Source: Candidatus Doudnabacteria bacterium RIFCSPHIGHO2_02_FULL_42_25
GTDB lineage: Bacteria > Patescibacteriota > Doudnabacteria > UBA920 > O2-02-FULL-48-8
Length of the DNA stretch: 64,000 nucleotides
Assembly: GCA_001777665.1 (NCBI GenBank)
Contig: MFEQ01000003.1
Coordinates: forward strand, 11,258 to 75,257
Direction of reading: 5' to 3'
Below are positions 8,897-18,308 of this stretch, piece by piece. Both the position numbers and the translations under genes were made by a program. The notes beneath the pieces were generated by a model. It saw only the letters and a program-made list of their open reading frames with translations, was not told the origin of the DNA and made no database searches. Position 1 is the stretch's first letter, and every line of letters starts with the position of its first letter.

Positions 8897-9652
8897 TCAA
8901 CTATACTCTTTTACTACTTTCTCATAAGGCTCGGCTTGTGTCCAGGCCATGTTGAATAATGTTTTGAGAGATTGATAAATGGTTTTGCTTTGGATAACCA
9001 CGGCAAAGATGTGTGGTTCGTAAGAGAAAAATGCAACGTTACCGTCGTAGAGAGCATTATCAGTTAAGAACTCTTCATCCTTTTTAGAAAATCTTTGCTG
9101 GTAGAACTCGCTTTGAGGGACTGTCTTCGCATAGCCGATGTCAGCTTCGTTTTGAGTTAGTATTTCTCTGGTCTTAATTTCTTTTCTCTGCGTTTTTGCT
9201 ATTAGCTGAGAAGTGTATTCAGGATAGACATTTAAGAAATCTCGAATCGTCGCGAACCAATCCACTTCTTTTGATTCTAGAATTTTGTCATATAGATCTT
9301 TGACAGCCTGCCTGCCCTCGTAAAGAAGGACTTGGGGTTTATTTTTTGGTTCGTTATACACTGCTAATAAATTTGGTAGAAATCGTTTCATCAATTCTTG
9401 TTTTCGATTCAGGTCCGAAATAATTTTGTCCGGAGATTCTGGCATGTAAAGTATTTTTTTTGAACGTGGGACCAGTGTCGCTAACCCCTTTTTTTGTAAA
9501 TCATCCAGAATCAAATAAGTAGTAGGTCTTTTAGTCCCTGCTTTATGTGCAATAGCCTCAACTGAAGCAGTGCCCAACTCTAATAGAGCCATGTAAACGA
9601 TGGCTTCTTTTTGGTTTAAACCGGTTTTTTCAAGGATTTCTGGGATTTCCAT
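8897..9652 (-). CDS. TrmB family HTH transcriptional regulator
   Basis: N-terminal TrmB wHTH (LNQKEAIVYMALLELGTASVEAIAHKAG) and a C-terminal TrmB-like domain. Confidence 0.6.
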   Translation of the reverse strand: MEIPEILEKTGLNQKEAIVYMALLELGTASVEAIAHKAGTKRPTTYLILDDLQKKGLATLVPRSKKILYMPESPDKIISDLNRKQELMKRFLPNLLAVYNEPKNKPQVLLYEGRQAVKDLYDKILESKEVDWFATIRDFLNVYPEYTSQLIAKTQRKEIKTREILTQNEADIGYAKTVPQSEFYQQRFSKKDEEFLTDNALYDGNVAFFSYEPHIFAVVIQSKTIYQSLKTLFNMAWTQAEPYEKVVKEYS

Positions 9653-9847
9653 ATATATTAGTATATATTAAAATCCGTAAATTGTCAATATTTCTGACAA
9701 CATATCACTAAATATCAAATATTACTTTATCTAAGCCAAAATTTGGCCATTATTTAAGTCAGTTTGATTGACTAGGAACCGAATATATGATATTATTTCC
9801 GGTTATGCTAGATAACCTAGCTAACATTTCAAAGCCCAAAGGAGGGC

Positions 9848-10552
9848 ATGATGGATATTAGAGAGTTCGCGAAACGGCACGGGATTTCAGTCATCGTTCG
9901 TCGTCACTTCGGGTACCGCAAGCCGGTCACAGACGCTCAGCTCACCCCACCGGTTCGCGCAGCACTGACCTACTCGCGCAATCTCGACGATCGAAAGCTT
10001 GGTCTGTTGTCCTCTGAAGTTGTGAAGGCGATGGATCAGGGTCGTCTGCTCGTCGCCATGGGGATCACTCCGCGTCTCGTCATCGTCGGTGACAACCAGC
10101 GCAATTGGGATGGCGGTCGTTCCACAGCGGAAGCGATCACCGATCTCACCGGCCTCACGGTCGACGTCTGGACCTCGCCTGCCGTCACCTACCCCCACTA
10201 CGCGAACTACGAGCAGAGCCTCGTCGAGTTCGGTGGGCCTGACAAGGGTGACTTTTCGCCCCACCGGTACCTCGCAGGCAAGACAGCCGGATCATTCTGG
10301 TCCGAGCCACCGCACGTCTTCGCCGATCGGGTCTCCCAGTCGGTACTCGCCGATTACGGTGTCGAACCCGTGCTCTTCGATCTCAACTTCGAGCAGGTGA
10401 CACTGTGCTACTACAAGCACGTCAAGAAGTTGATGCTCGAGCAGATCCCGACCGAGGGCGCTTGGATCCCCACCATGGGTGGCGGGATCGTGTACTCCAG
10501 CGATCGCCAGATCGCGATGGAGTTCCGACCCGACCTCACCATCAACGAATAG
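9848..10552 (+). CDS. hypothetical protein encoded by a high-GC gene-sized insert
   Basis: SD aaggaggg upstream. GC-rich codon usage is unlike the host. A GC-rich hairpin follows at 10575-10608. Confidence 0.5.
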   Translation: MMDIREFAKRHGISVIVRRHFGYRKPVTDAQLTPPVRAALTYSRNLDDRKLGLLSSEVVKAMDQGRLLVAMGITPRLVIVGDNQRNWDGGRSTAEAITDLTGLTVDVWTSPAVTYPHYANYEQSLVEFGGPDKGDFSPHRYLAGKTAGSFWSEPPHVFADRVSQSVLADYGVEPVLFDLNFEQVTLCYYKHVKKLMLEQIPTEGAWIPTMGGGIVYSSDRQIAMEFRPDLTINE

Positions 10553-10662
10553 TCGCTCCCCGCGACTCCCACCTTCAGGGAACGATTGAGACGCCAGTCT
10601 CTTCGTTCCCTCCCTTCCCTGAATTTGGTAATTAATACTAATTTGAGTGAAGGAGAATAAAT

Positions 10663-10992
10663 ATGAATAAATTAATGTTAAAAGGGTTACCAGCATCAAA
10701 TGGAATCATTGAAGGAATTGCAAAAGTTTTTTTACCTGGAGATGACGCAAAAGAATTTCCTCAAGATGCAATCATGGTCACCACTCTAACAGATCCAACT
10801 ATGGTTATGGCTATGATGAAAGCATCTGCTATTGTCACTGATATGGGCGGGATTACGTCTCATCCCGCGATTTTAAGCCGTGAAATGGGGATTCCCTGTA
10901 TTGTTAATACTAAATTAGGTACAAAGCTAATCAAAGATGGTCAGAGAATTAAAGTCGATGCGATCACAGGAGAAATATATGACTTGGATTAA
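10663..10992 (+). CDS. stand-alone PEP-utilising-enzyme mobile (phosphohistidine swivel) domain protein
   Basis: GGITSHPAILSREMGIPCIV is the swivel-domain signature with the catalytic His. Confidence 0.7.
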   Translation: MNKLMLKGLPASNGIIEGIAKVFLPGDDAKEFPQDAIMVTTLTDPTMVMAMMKASAIVTDMGGITSHPAILSREMGIPCIVNTKLGTKLIKDGQRIKVDAITGEIYDLD

Positions 10993-12049
10993 AGATTTTG
11001 CCAAAGCTTCTTATGGAATTTATGCGGGGAATACAATTGATGCATTCCAGCCATTAGATTTTTTCCATTTTTTTGGACTTTGGTATGATCTCTGGCTAAT
11101 CGAGGTTTTAAAAGCCTTCGATAAGTTAGATGTCGATAAAAAACACTATAAAGACTTAAAGCACTTGTTACCAATGCCTTCGAACATGAGAGCTATTTTA
11201 ATTAAAGCTATTCCTTCATATGTTGGGGCAGGCAAAAAGAACAAAGAAGTATATCGGAGATTTACTAATTTCAAAGCTAGAATGTTGCAAGAAGCATGTA
11301 TCGAAGATCCCTTCGGGAAATATAGCACTCCGCTTCATAGACGTGAGGAAGTAGAACAAATTATGAAAACAATCCTGTGGAGAACAGCTACGGAGTCAGA
11401 TGCCCGGGTATTAGGAAAGTTAATCACGGCTGCGGCATCGATCGTACATGGTTTATACAACGACGTGGTTACGGATTTTGGCTGGGACGCATATGGTCCT
11501 TATCATAAACATAGGGCTGGTAAAAATTTAACTTTATTGATTCGCGATTTCCCTGATTTGCAACCACACCCATTATGGCCCAAAGAATTGATGCCTGAAA
11601 TAAAAAAGTTTCAGATCTACCAGCTTTTCGAAAAAGTAGAATGGGAAATAAGTTGTGTCGGCTGTCATACGATTTTGAAAAGTGGCAATCCGATTTCTGG
11701 ATTGAGATACTTTGCAGTAATTGCTGATGGGAAACCTTTAACATTAGAAGAAATTAAAAAATTAACTTTTCATTTAGCTACAAAGGCCGAGAGCTTATAT
11801 AAAGAAATTAGAAAGAAAGACTTTGAAGAATTGAAACTAATGGTTATGTGGCAAGAATGTTATCAGTTAAAAGCTTTATTAGAAGCAGCAGGAATGGATT
11901 GGAGACCTACTGCAGAAATGTTGGATGCAATCAAAAATCAGCCTCTACAGACAGGTGTTCTGCCACACGGTGTCATGATGACGAGCCTCGATCAATACAT
12001 GAAAGAATTTCACTTGGAAACATTTGAAAAAGAAGTTCTTAAGAATTAA
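10979..12049 (+). CDS. hypothetical protein, partner of the swivel-domain gene
   Basis: ATG 10979 overlaps the upstream stop by 14 nt in another frame. 356 aa, no recognised motif. Confidence 0.45.
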   Translation: MTWIKDFAKASYGIYAGNTIDAFQPLDFFHFFGLWYDLWLIEVLKAFDKLDVDKKHYKDLKHLLPMPSNMRAILIKAIPSYVGAGKKNKEVYRRFTNFKARMLQEACIEDPFGKYSTPLHRREEVEQIMKTILWRTATESDARVLGKLITAAASIVHGLYNDVVTDFGWDAYGPYHKHRAGKNLTLLIRDFPDLQPHPLWPKELMPEIKKFQIYQLFEKVEWEISCVGCHTILKSGNPISGLRYFAVIADGKPLTLEEIKKLTFHLATKAESLYKEIRKKDFEELKLMVMWQECYQLKALLEAAGMDWRPTAEMLDAIKNQPLQTGVLPHGVMMTSLDQYMKEFHLETFEKEVLKN

Positions 12050-12080
12050 AAAAACTGCCCATGGGGCAGTTTTTTGTGAG

Positions 12081-14543
12081 CTATATCAATGTTGTAGTTG
12101 CGACTTTGTCGCCGGCATCCAGGGTCATGACCCTGACACCTTGGGTCGCACGTCCCAGGGTCGAGATTTTACCTACTGGGGTACGGAGAGTTTGCCCTAG
12201 TTTCGAGATCACCACTAAGTCATGGTCTTCGGCTTTGTTGATTACGTGGAGAGAGACGATGCGTCCAGTCTTAGGGGTGACTTTCAAAGTTTTGATTCCC
12301 GATCCCCCACGATGTTGGATTTTGTAGAATTTCAAATCAGTTTTCTTACCCAGTCCGTTTTCAGTCACAACCAAGATTTGGAGATTATCGATATTATCTT
12401 TTTCTGAAATCAAATCCATACTCATGAGATGATCATCTTTCTTGAGTCGCATACCTTTGACTCCAGCAGCAGTACGACCCATGGGTCTGACATCTTTTTC
12501 GTTAAAGCGGATAGCTTGGCCATTGGACGTGGATAGGATGACGTTATCAGCACCACCCGAGCGTTTGACCCACTTTAATTCATCTCCTGGTTTAATCTTA
12601 ATCGCGATCAATCCGGAGCGTCTAACTTTTGCAAATTCTTCGATCGGGGTTTTCTTAATCAAACCCTGCTTGGTTGCGAGCATTAAATATTTGGCTGAAG
12701 TTTTTTTGGATATCGTCAGAATTGATGAGACAGTTTCGTCATTGGGGAGTTCCAAGAAGTTAACCAAAGCCTGGCCCCGGGCAGTTCTTGAGCCTTCTGG
12801 TAATTCATAAACTTTAGTTTGGAACACGCGTCCTTTCGTAGTAAAGAATAGGATATCATCATGAGTATTGGTTGTGTTGAGCCATTCCACGACATCTTCT
12901 TCTTTAGTAGTCATGCCGATCACGCCCTTCCCACCACGGCCTTGTGTTTTGTAAGTTTCAGGCGGCAGACGTTTTACATACCCAGATTTGGTGATGATAA
13001 CCATGGCCTGTTCTTCAGGGATCAGATCTTCCACTTTGAATTCACCTATTGGCTGCTTGACCAAAGTTGTTTTGCGAGGATTGCCGTATTTATCTTTCAA
13101 TTCTGTAAGTTCAGTTTTAACTACTCCACGCATTTTCTTTTCGCTTTTGAGCAAGTCTTCCAATTCTTCGATCAACGCATATTTTTCTTTCAACTCATCA
13201 TTGATTTTTTTGCGTTCCAGTCCAGCCAATGCTCGAAGTTGCATTTGTAAAATAGCTGAAGCTTGTTTATCCGATAATTTAAATTTGCTCATCAAAGCCG
13301 CATGAGCTTCTTCTGTAGTCTCCGATTTTTTGATTGTCGCGATTATCGCATCAATATGATCGAGGGCTTTTTTTAAACCTTCCAAAATATGAGCACGATC
13401 TTTGGCTTTGTTCAGATCAAAAACCGTTCTGCGTTTGATGATTTCCAGTCGGTGCTTGATGTAGTATTCAAGAATATTTTTCAGATTCAGGACCTGTGGT
13501 TCGATGCCATCCACTAGTGCCAACATGTTGACGTGGAAGGTTTCCTGGAGAGAAGAAAATTTGAAAAGCTGGTTTAAGATTTTATTGGGCAATCCTTCTT
13601 TTTTCAGTTCTATCACTACGCGCACCCCATCTTTGTCAGATTCATCGCGAATATCTTTGATTCCTTCCACGCGTTTATCTTTGACTAATTCTGCGAATTG
13701 TTCAAGGAGGGATGCTTTGTTGACCTGATACGGAATTTCATTGATGATAATTTTATGCATACCCTTCTCTTCGATGATTTCCGTGCGGGCGCGCATAACC
13801 ACTGGACCTTTGCCAGTGGCATACATTTGTTTGATCGTGTTCCAGTCGTAAATATATCCACCAGTTGGAAAATCCGGTCCTTTTACAAATTCTAATAAAT
13901 CTTCAGTGGTTGAAGTCGGTTCATCTATTAATTTAATCGTGGCGTCGACAACTTCCCCCAAATTATGCGGTGGAATATTGGTGGCCATACCTACCGCAAT
14001 GCCGAGTGTTCCGTTGAGTAAAAGTTGGGGTGCTTTTGCTGGTAAAACTTTCGGTTCTTTCTTGGTGGCATCGTAGTTGTCCATCCAGTCCACAGTTTCT
14101 TTATCGAGGTCAGCGAGCATTTCTTCAGCCAAAGCCATCATGCGAGCTTCGGTATAACGCATGGCAGCTGGAGCATCGCCGTCCATGGATCCGAAGTTGC
14201 CTTGGCCATCCACTAACGGATACCGCATAGCGAATTCTTGGGCCAATCTGACCATGGAATCATAAACAGCGGCATCACCGTGAGGGTGATATTTGGCCAA
14301 CACTTCTCCGACGACAGCGGCGGATTTACGGAATTTGACGTTTGAGCGCAGTCCCAATTCAGACATCGCATATAGAATCCGACGATGGACTGGTTTTAGC
14401 CCATCGCGGACATCAGGAAGAGCCCTGGCCACAATTACGCTCATCGCGTAGTCGAGGTAGGATTCTTCCATCTCCCGCTCGATTGGACGGAGATTGATTT
14501 TCCCTATAGTGCTAGATTCTTTTGTTGGTTCTTGGTTGGCCAT
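12081..14543 (-). CDS. gyrA: DNA gyrase subunit A
   Basis: Active-site region AAMRYTE (catalytic Tyr), the quinolone-resistance region [11 protein letters not shown], and C-terminal beta-pinwheel repeats. Confidence 0.95.
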   Translation of the reverse strand: MANQEPTKESSTIGKINLRPIEREMEESYLDYAMSVIVARALPDVRDGLKPVHRRILYAMSELGLRSNVKFRKSAAVVGEVLAKYHPHGDAAVYDSMVRLAQEFAMRYPLVDGQGNFGSMDGDAPAAMRYTEARMMALAEEMLADLDKETVDWMDNYDATKKEPKVLPAKAPQLLLNGTLGIAVGMATNIPPHNLGEVVDATIKLIDEPTSTTEDLLEFVKGPDFPTGGYIYDWNTIKQMYATGKGPVVMRARTEIIEEKGMHKIIINEIPYQVNKASLLEQFAELVKDKRVEGIKDIRDESDKDGVRVVIELKKEGLPNKILNQLFKFSSLQETFHVNMLALVDGIEPQVLNLKNILEYYIKHRLEIIKRRTVFDLNKAKDRAHILEGLKKALDHIDAIIATIKKSETTEEAHAALMSKFKLSDKQASAILQMQLRALAGLERKKINDELKEKYALIEELEDLLKSEKKMRGVVKTELTELKDKYGNPRKTTLVKQPIGEFKVEDLIPEEQAMVIITKSGYVKRLPPETYKTQGRGGKGVIGMTTKEEDVVEWLNTTNTHDDILFFTTKGRVFQTKVYELPEGSRTARGQALVNFLELPNDETVSSILTISKKTSAKYLMLATKQGLIKKTPIEEFAKVRRSGLIAIKIKPGDELKWVKRSGGADNVILSTSNGQAIRFNEKDVRPMGRTAAGVKGMRLKKDDHLMSMDLISEKDNIDNLQILVVTENGLGKKTDLKFYKIQHRGGSGIKTLKVTPKTGRIVSLHVINKAEDHDLVVISKLGQTLRTPVGKISTLGRATQGVRVMTLDAGDKVATTTLI

Positions 14544-14636
14544 AGTTATTATCTACGAACTTACGAAACTTTTACGAAATTACGAAGTGGACTAACCCTT
14601 TTGTATTTTCGTAGTTCTTTCGTACTTTCGTAGCCG
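14544..14636. repeat. array of eight TACGAA/TTCGTA hexamers in two inverted arms upstream of gyrA
   Basis: ctacgaacttacgaaacttttacgaaattacgaag ... ttttcgtagttctttcgtactttcgtagcc. Confidence 0.6.
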
Positions 14637-15191
14637 TCAGTTTCTGACATTGGCTGGATTATTTAATTCTTCTAGATTCAGATCAAGGGTTTGTTGAAAT
14701 ATATTTGACGCGTCGTTTTCTAGTGACATATTACTTAAAATAAGTTGCGCAGTTTTGGCATTGGTCGGCTCAAAGTAGAGGATGCCGAAATTTTGCGTCT
14801 TGGAGAGGATTTTTTGGACAAATGGTTTGCCTTGGCGATCGGTGATTTGTTGAGCTGTGATTATTTTATCATTAATCACCAAACTGATATCAGATATTTT
14901 TGAAACATTTAGAATGTCATTAGTATTGTTATTCAGATTAAAATAAACCTTGAGTCCATTTTCGCCCTGTTCGACTCTTTCAACTTTTGCAAATTCTTGC
15001 GGGCTATTCGGCAGGGTGGTTTTGGAATTATTAAGCTCAATTAAATTTTCACCGCTACTGTTCTCTACTGTATTGCGAATGCTTTGAGTAAATAAAATAA
15101 TCAGCCCAATCGCTGCGATAGCCGATGCAACCCAAAGAATTTTTACCCGGGTATTATAAGGAAGTTTTTGGAGTCGATCTAAGGGAATCAT
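14637..15191 (-). CDS. hypothetical membrane-anchored protein
   Basis: N-terminal TM helix and an Asn-rich extracytoplasmic region. Overlaps the upstream gene by 4 nt. Confidence 0.45.
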   Translation of the reverse strand: MIPLDRLQKLPYNTRVKILWVASAIAAIGLIILFTQSIRNTVENSSGENLIELNNSKTTLPNSPQEFAKVERVEQGENGLKVYFNLNNNTNDILNVSKISDISLVINDKIITAQQITDRQGKPFVQKILSKTQNFGILYFEPTNAKTAQLILSNMSLENDASNIFQQTLDLNLEELNNPANVRN

Positions 15192-15802
15192 CGTTGTGGG
15201 GTCAGAATAATTAATTGCGTTTGCTCCCCGACCAATTCTTTCTTCTTCAGAGTTAGTTTGTCCATTTCTTGGTGTTTTCCGCCCATTTCCTGTAAAAACT
15301 TATCTAATTTATCTAAATTCAAACTTACCCCAGGAATTTTGTAACTATGCGGGATAACGACAAATGGTTCTAGTTTGGTTGCTACTTTCGCTGCTGTCTC
15401 AAAATCCATAACATCTTTTCCACCAACAGGTACTAAAATAATATCTGCTCCCTCCAGGCTTTCTTTTTGGTCATCAGTGAGCTCGGTTTGTTTGATCTGA
15501 CCTAAGAAAGCGATCCGGATCCCCTCAACCTCAATACTATAGATCGTCCCACCTTTTCCTGGGGCACCAATAATAAAGGCACCTTTAATATCATACTCAC
15601 CAGGCCCAGTGATGATAAAAGGAGTTCCTGTAATTGAAGAAAAATTATTCGCAATTTCTAAGCTGGGATTAGAAGAAATAACGATATCAGCCCCACCCCG
15701 AACTGGCGACAAACCAGAGCCACTCCCAAATGGATCAGTGATAATAGTTAGATCTTTGCCGATGATTTTGAAACTTGATAGCCCGTACCAGGATATGGTC
15801 AT
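15188..15802 (-). CDS. MBL-fold metal-dependent hydrolase (UPF0173-like)
   Basis: About 200 aa with MBL-like architecture (WYGLSSFKI...IITDPF...VISS...IPHSY). Motifs are degenerate, so confidence is limited. Confidence 0.45.
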   Translation of the reverse strand: MTISWYGLSSFKIIGKDLTIITDPFGSGSGLSPVRGGADIVISSNPSLEIANNFSSITGTPFIITGPGEYDIKGAFIIGAPGKGGTIYSIEVEGIRIAFLGQIKQTELTDDQKESLEGADIILVPVGGKDVMDFETAAKVATKLEPFVVIPHSYKIPGVSLNLDKLDKFLQEMGGKHQEMDKLTLKKKELVGEQTQLIILTPQR

Positions 15803-15879
15803 AAAATAGCCTTATTTTCAACAAAAAATGCTGCTATAAAGCGCATCTTTCTGCCTCTATATTTTACCATTTTTCGGTC

Positions 15880-15908
15880 TTGATTTCAATGCTGTTTTGG
15901 AGTATAAT
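15880..15908 (+). promoter_or_regulatory. sigma70-like promoter of rpsA (TTGATT-17-TATAAT)
   Basis: -35 at 15880-15885 and -10 at 15903-15908, followed by a structured roughly 120-nt leader. Confidence 0.55.
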
Positions 15909-15923
15909 GCCTCAAGCGTAAGA

Positions 15924-15943
15924 CCTGCCTGCCGGCAGGCAGG
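15924..15943. repeat. perfect 20-nt palindrome CCTGCCTGCCGGCAGGCAGG (copy 1 of 2)
   Basis: An identical copy lies at 46989-47008. Confidence 0.7.
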
Positions 15944-16033
15944 AAGGGGTTTAGTCAATCGCAGCGCCTGCCTCGCCTTGAGGTAGGGCTCGTCTGAGTC
16001 AAGGCGGGCCGAATTGCTAAACACTAGAAAATC

Positions 16034-17164
16034 ATGACAACTGCTACTGCCTCAGTAAAGACTATGCAAGACTTGCTGGCTTTAGAAGGAGTAGAAATAA
16101 AGGTGCCGAAAGTTGACGACGTATTAGAAGGTCGTGTTTTGTCAGTTGGTAAAAACGAAGTTTACATCGACATCGAAGGTTATGGACTTGGAGTAGTCCG
16201 GGGACGAGAGCTTTATGACGAATCAGTTCGATTAAGCAGTCTCAAAATTGGTGACCCAGTGGTGGCTTCGGTCGTTGAACCTGAAAACAAAGAAGGCAAC
16301 ATCGAGCTTTCTTTCCGCCAAGCTGGCCAAGAACGTGTCTGGCAAACTTTGATTGGTCGCATGCAAACTCGCGAAGTGATCAAAACCAAGATTATGGAAG
16401 CGAATAAGGGCGGTTTGATCGTGGAAGTTAACGGAGTAATTGGCTTTTTACCAGTTTCCCAGCTATCTTCTGAACATTACCCTCGCGTTGAAGAAGGCGA
16501 TAAAACCAAGATTTTGGAAGTACTGAAGAGCTATGTCGGTAACCAATTTGATGTCCAAATCATTACAGCTGATCCTCGCGATGAGAAACTAATCGTTTCG
16601 GAAAAAGCTGTAGGTGAAGACGAGCTCCGTGGTAAAATCTCCAAATTGACCATCGGTATGAATGTCGAAGGCGAAGTCTCCGGTATTGTCGATTTCGGAA
16701 TTTTCTTGAAGTTTGGACAGGGGTTAGAAGGATTGGTCCACATTTCCGAATTGGCTTGGAGCCGCATCGAGCATCCAAAAGATCTATATAAAGTTGGTCA
16801 GAAAGTTCAAGCTCAAGTAATTTCTATCGACAAAGATCGCATTTCTCTCTCCATCAAACGATTGCAACCTGATCCTTGGGTAGAATCAATCAAGAAATAC
16901 CAAGTCGGTCAAATCGTCAAAGGTAAAGTTAGTAAAGTTATGCCATTTGGTGCATTCGTAGAATTGGACCCAGAAATTTTTGGGTTAGTCCACTCTGTTG
17001 AATTATCAAATGAAGAAGTCAAAGACACGAATGATATTCTAAAAGTTGGTGAAGAACGAGAATTTAAAATCATCTCGATCGAACCTCAAGAACATCGTTT
17101 GGGACTTTCTCTCCGTGCCGTAACAAATCCAGTACCTCCAGCTGAACCAGAAAAGCAATCATAA
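16034..17164 (+). CDS. rpsA: 30S ribosomal protein S1 (four S1 domains)
   Basis: Repeated S1 OB-fold motifs (G.V..V...G.FV.L). Confidence 0.9.
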   Translation: MTTATASVKTMQDLLALEGVEIKVPKVDDVLEGRVLSVGKNEVYIDIEGYGLGVVRGRELYDESVRLSSLKIGDPVVASVVEPENKEGNIELSFRQAGQERVWQTLIGRMQTREVIKTKIMEANKGGLIVEVNGVIGFLPVSQLSSEHYPRVEEGDKTKILEVLKSYVGNQFDVQIITADPRDEKLIVSEKAVGEDELRGKISKLTIGMNVEGEVSGIVDFGIFLKFGQGLEGLVHISELAWSRIEHPKDLYKVGQKVQAQVISIDKDRISLSIKRLQPDPWVESIKKYQVGQIVKGKVSKVMPFGAFVELDPEIFGLVHSVELSNEEVKDTNDILKVGEEREFKIISIEPQEHRLGLSLRAVTNPVPPAEPEKQS

Positions 17165-17165
17165 C

Positions 17166-17199
17166 AAAAAACCGTCCCGATAAATCGGGACGGTTTTTT
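17166..17199 (+). terminator. rho-independent terminator after rpsA
   Basis: aaaaaccgtcccgataaatcgggacggtttttta. Confidence 0.85.
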
Positions 17200-17818
17200 A
17201 AATACTTTTTTCGATATTGTTCAGATCGTCGTAGATGACTTGGACGTTGTAGAGCCAGTGTGCTTTTGCTGGCTGTTTATATAATCCATTCATCTGCTTA
17301 AATGTCATTTGTGCATACTTCACATTTGAGCGTAGTGGATAATTTTCTAAAAATTTATTCATTTCCATAATTCCATCACCGAGGTTATTACCCATATCCC
17401 AAAGATTGGATCCACCAACGCCCCAGCAATTTGCCAGACTCACCGGATATTTGCGACACATACTACTTTCAGCATTAGCTAGCGCGACTATTCGTTTCCA
17501 ATTCGGCATAGTGATCAGAATATCAGTGTGCTCAGCAAGCGGAGATTTTTTAGTTTCCAAATAATTTTTTACTTTGATTCGTAAATGCCCCTGGCGGACT
17601 GCTTGCTTGCGAACTTCTTCGTTGTTTTGTTTGCCGCGAAGAACGTAATTAATGGAATCAATAATATCTTGGTAAGCTTTATCATTCTCATCAAAAACTA
17701 AAATTGGCTCTTTCGAAGTTGGAGCTTTAATTGTCCACGCATGCGATTGATGCGGGATTAAATTCAAGAGTAATGCAAACAAAAACAACTGCAAGAAAAA
17801 TTTTTGTTTTGGTTTCAT
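17198..17818 (-). CDS. secreted hypothetical protein (possible lysozyme-like E-S motif)
   Basis: Start moved to the ATG at 17818 (MKPKQKFF... signal peptide), because the longer frame would overlap tRNA-Cys. ALANAESS...CWGVGG weakly resembles muramidase motifs. Confidence 0.45.
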   Translation of the reverse strand: MKPKQKFFLQLFLFALLLNLIPHQSHAWTIKAPTSKEPILVFDENDKAYQDIIDSINYVLRGKQNNEEVRKQAVRQGHLRIKVKNYLETKKSPLAEHTDILITMPNWKRIVALANAESSMCRKYPVSLANCWGVGGSNLWDMGNNLGDGIMEMNKFLENYPLRSNVKYAQMTFKQMNGLYKQPAKAHWLYNVQVIYDDLNNIEKSI

Positions 17819-17951
17819 CGTGGCAAAACTTGCTTTGATTTGCGGGATACCGTTAGTTAAAGTAAGTTTTCGAACTATATCCATCGTATGTATTATTATA
17901 GCAAAAATTGCGCAAAATGTCAATAATACGCTATAATATTTGCTGCAACGA

Positions 17952-18025
17952 GGCGTGATGTCCGAGCAGTTAGGAAGCGGTCTGCAAAACCGCGTAGACG
18001 GGTGCAACTCCCGTTCACGCCTCCA
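17952..18025 (+). tRNA. tRNA-Cys(GCA), non-canonical T-loop
   Basis: Acceptor GGCGTGA/TCACGCC, discriminator U then CCA. Anticodon loop CTGCAAA. T-loop TGCAACT has G55 in place of T/Psi55, which is unusual. Confidence 0.55.
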
Positions 18026-18164
18026 CGAGTCAATTAACCCTTAGGCCTACGCGTATCCGACTAGTCGTCGAATTCGCTCCGGCCTTCGGGATTAATGCCT
18101 CTTTCAAATAAAAATTTCTTGGAGAATGCTTCTGGTTAAATTTTTATTTGTTTTTAACTCAAAT

Positions 18165-18251
18165 GCCCTGGTGGTGGAACTGGCATACACGCAGCACTTA
18201 AAATGCTGTGGCCGAAAGGCCTTGAGGGTTCGAGTCCCTCCCTGGGCACCA
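18165..18251 (+). tRNA. tRNA-Leu(TAA), type II
   Basis: Anticodon loop CTTAAAA. Variable arm GGCC-GAAA-GGCC. T-arm GAGGGTTCGAGTCCCTC, followed by CCA. Confidence 0.85.
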
Positions 18252-18270
18252 AATTCATGGAAATAATTTT

Positions 18271-18308
18271 AAAAGCCCCGCTTAGTAGCGGGGCTTTATG
18301 TTTTGTTT
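18271..18308. terminator. bidirectional terminator hairpin (aaagccccgcttagtagcggggcttt)
   Basis: Flanked by A/T runs on both strands. Terminates tRNA-Leu on the + strand and the lysozyme-like gene on the - strand. Confidence 0.7.

Noticed and set aside
9681-9704. TTGTCAAT-N7-TGACAA palindrome upstream of the high-GC gene
   Set aside because: Same explanation. It contains the -35 (TTGACA) of the divergently transcribed TrmB gene. The shared 10-mer TTTGGCCATT with the 60026 region was judged too short to claim relatedness.
12222-14230. Multiple 60-130 aa + strand ORFs
   Set aside because: All lie antisense within gyrA. They are low-complexity Phe/Ser-rich frames.
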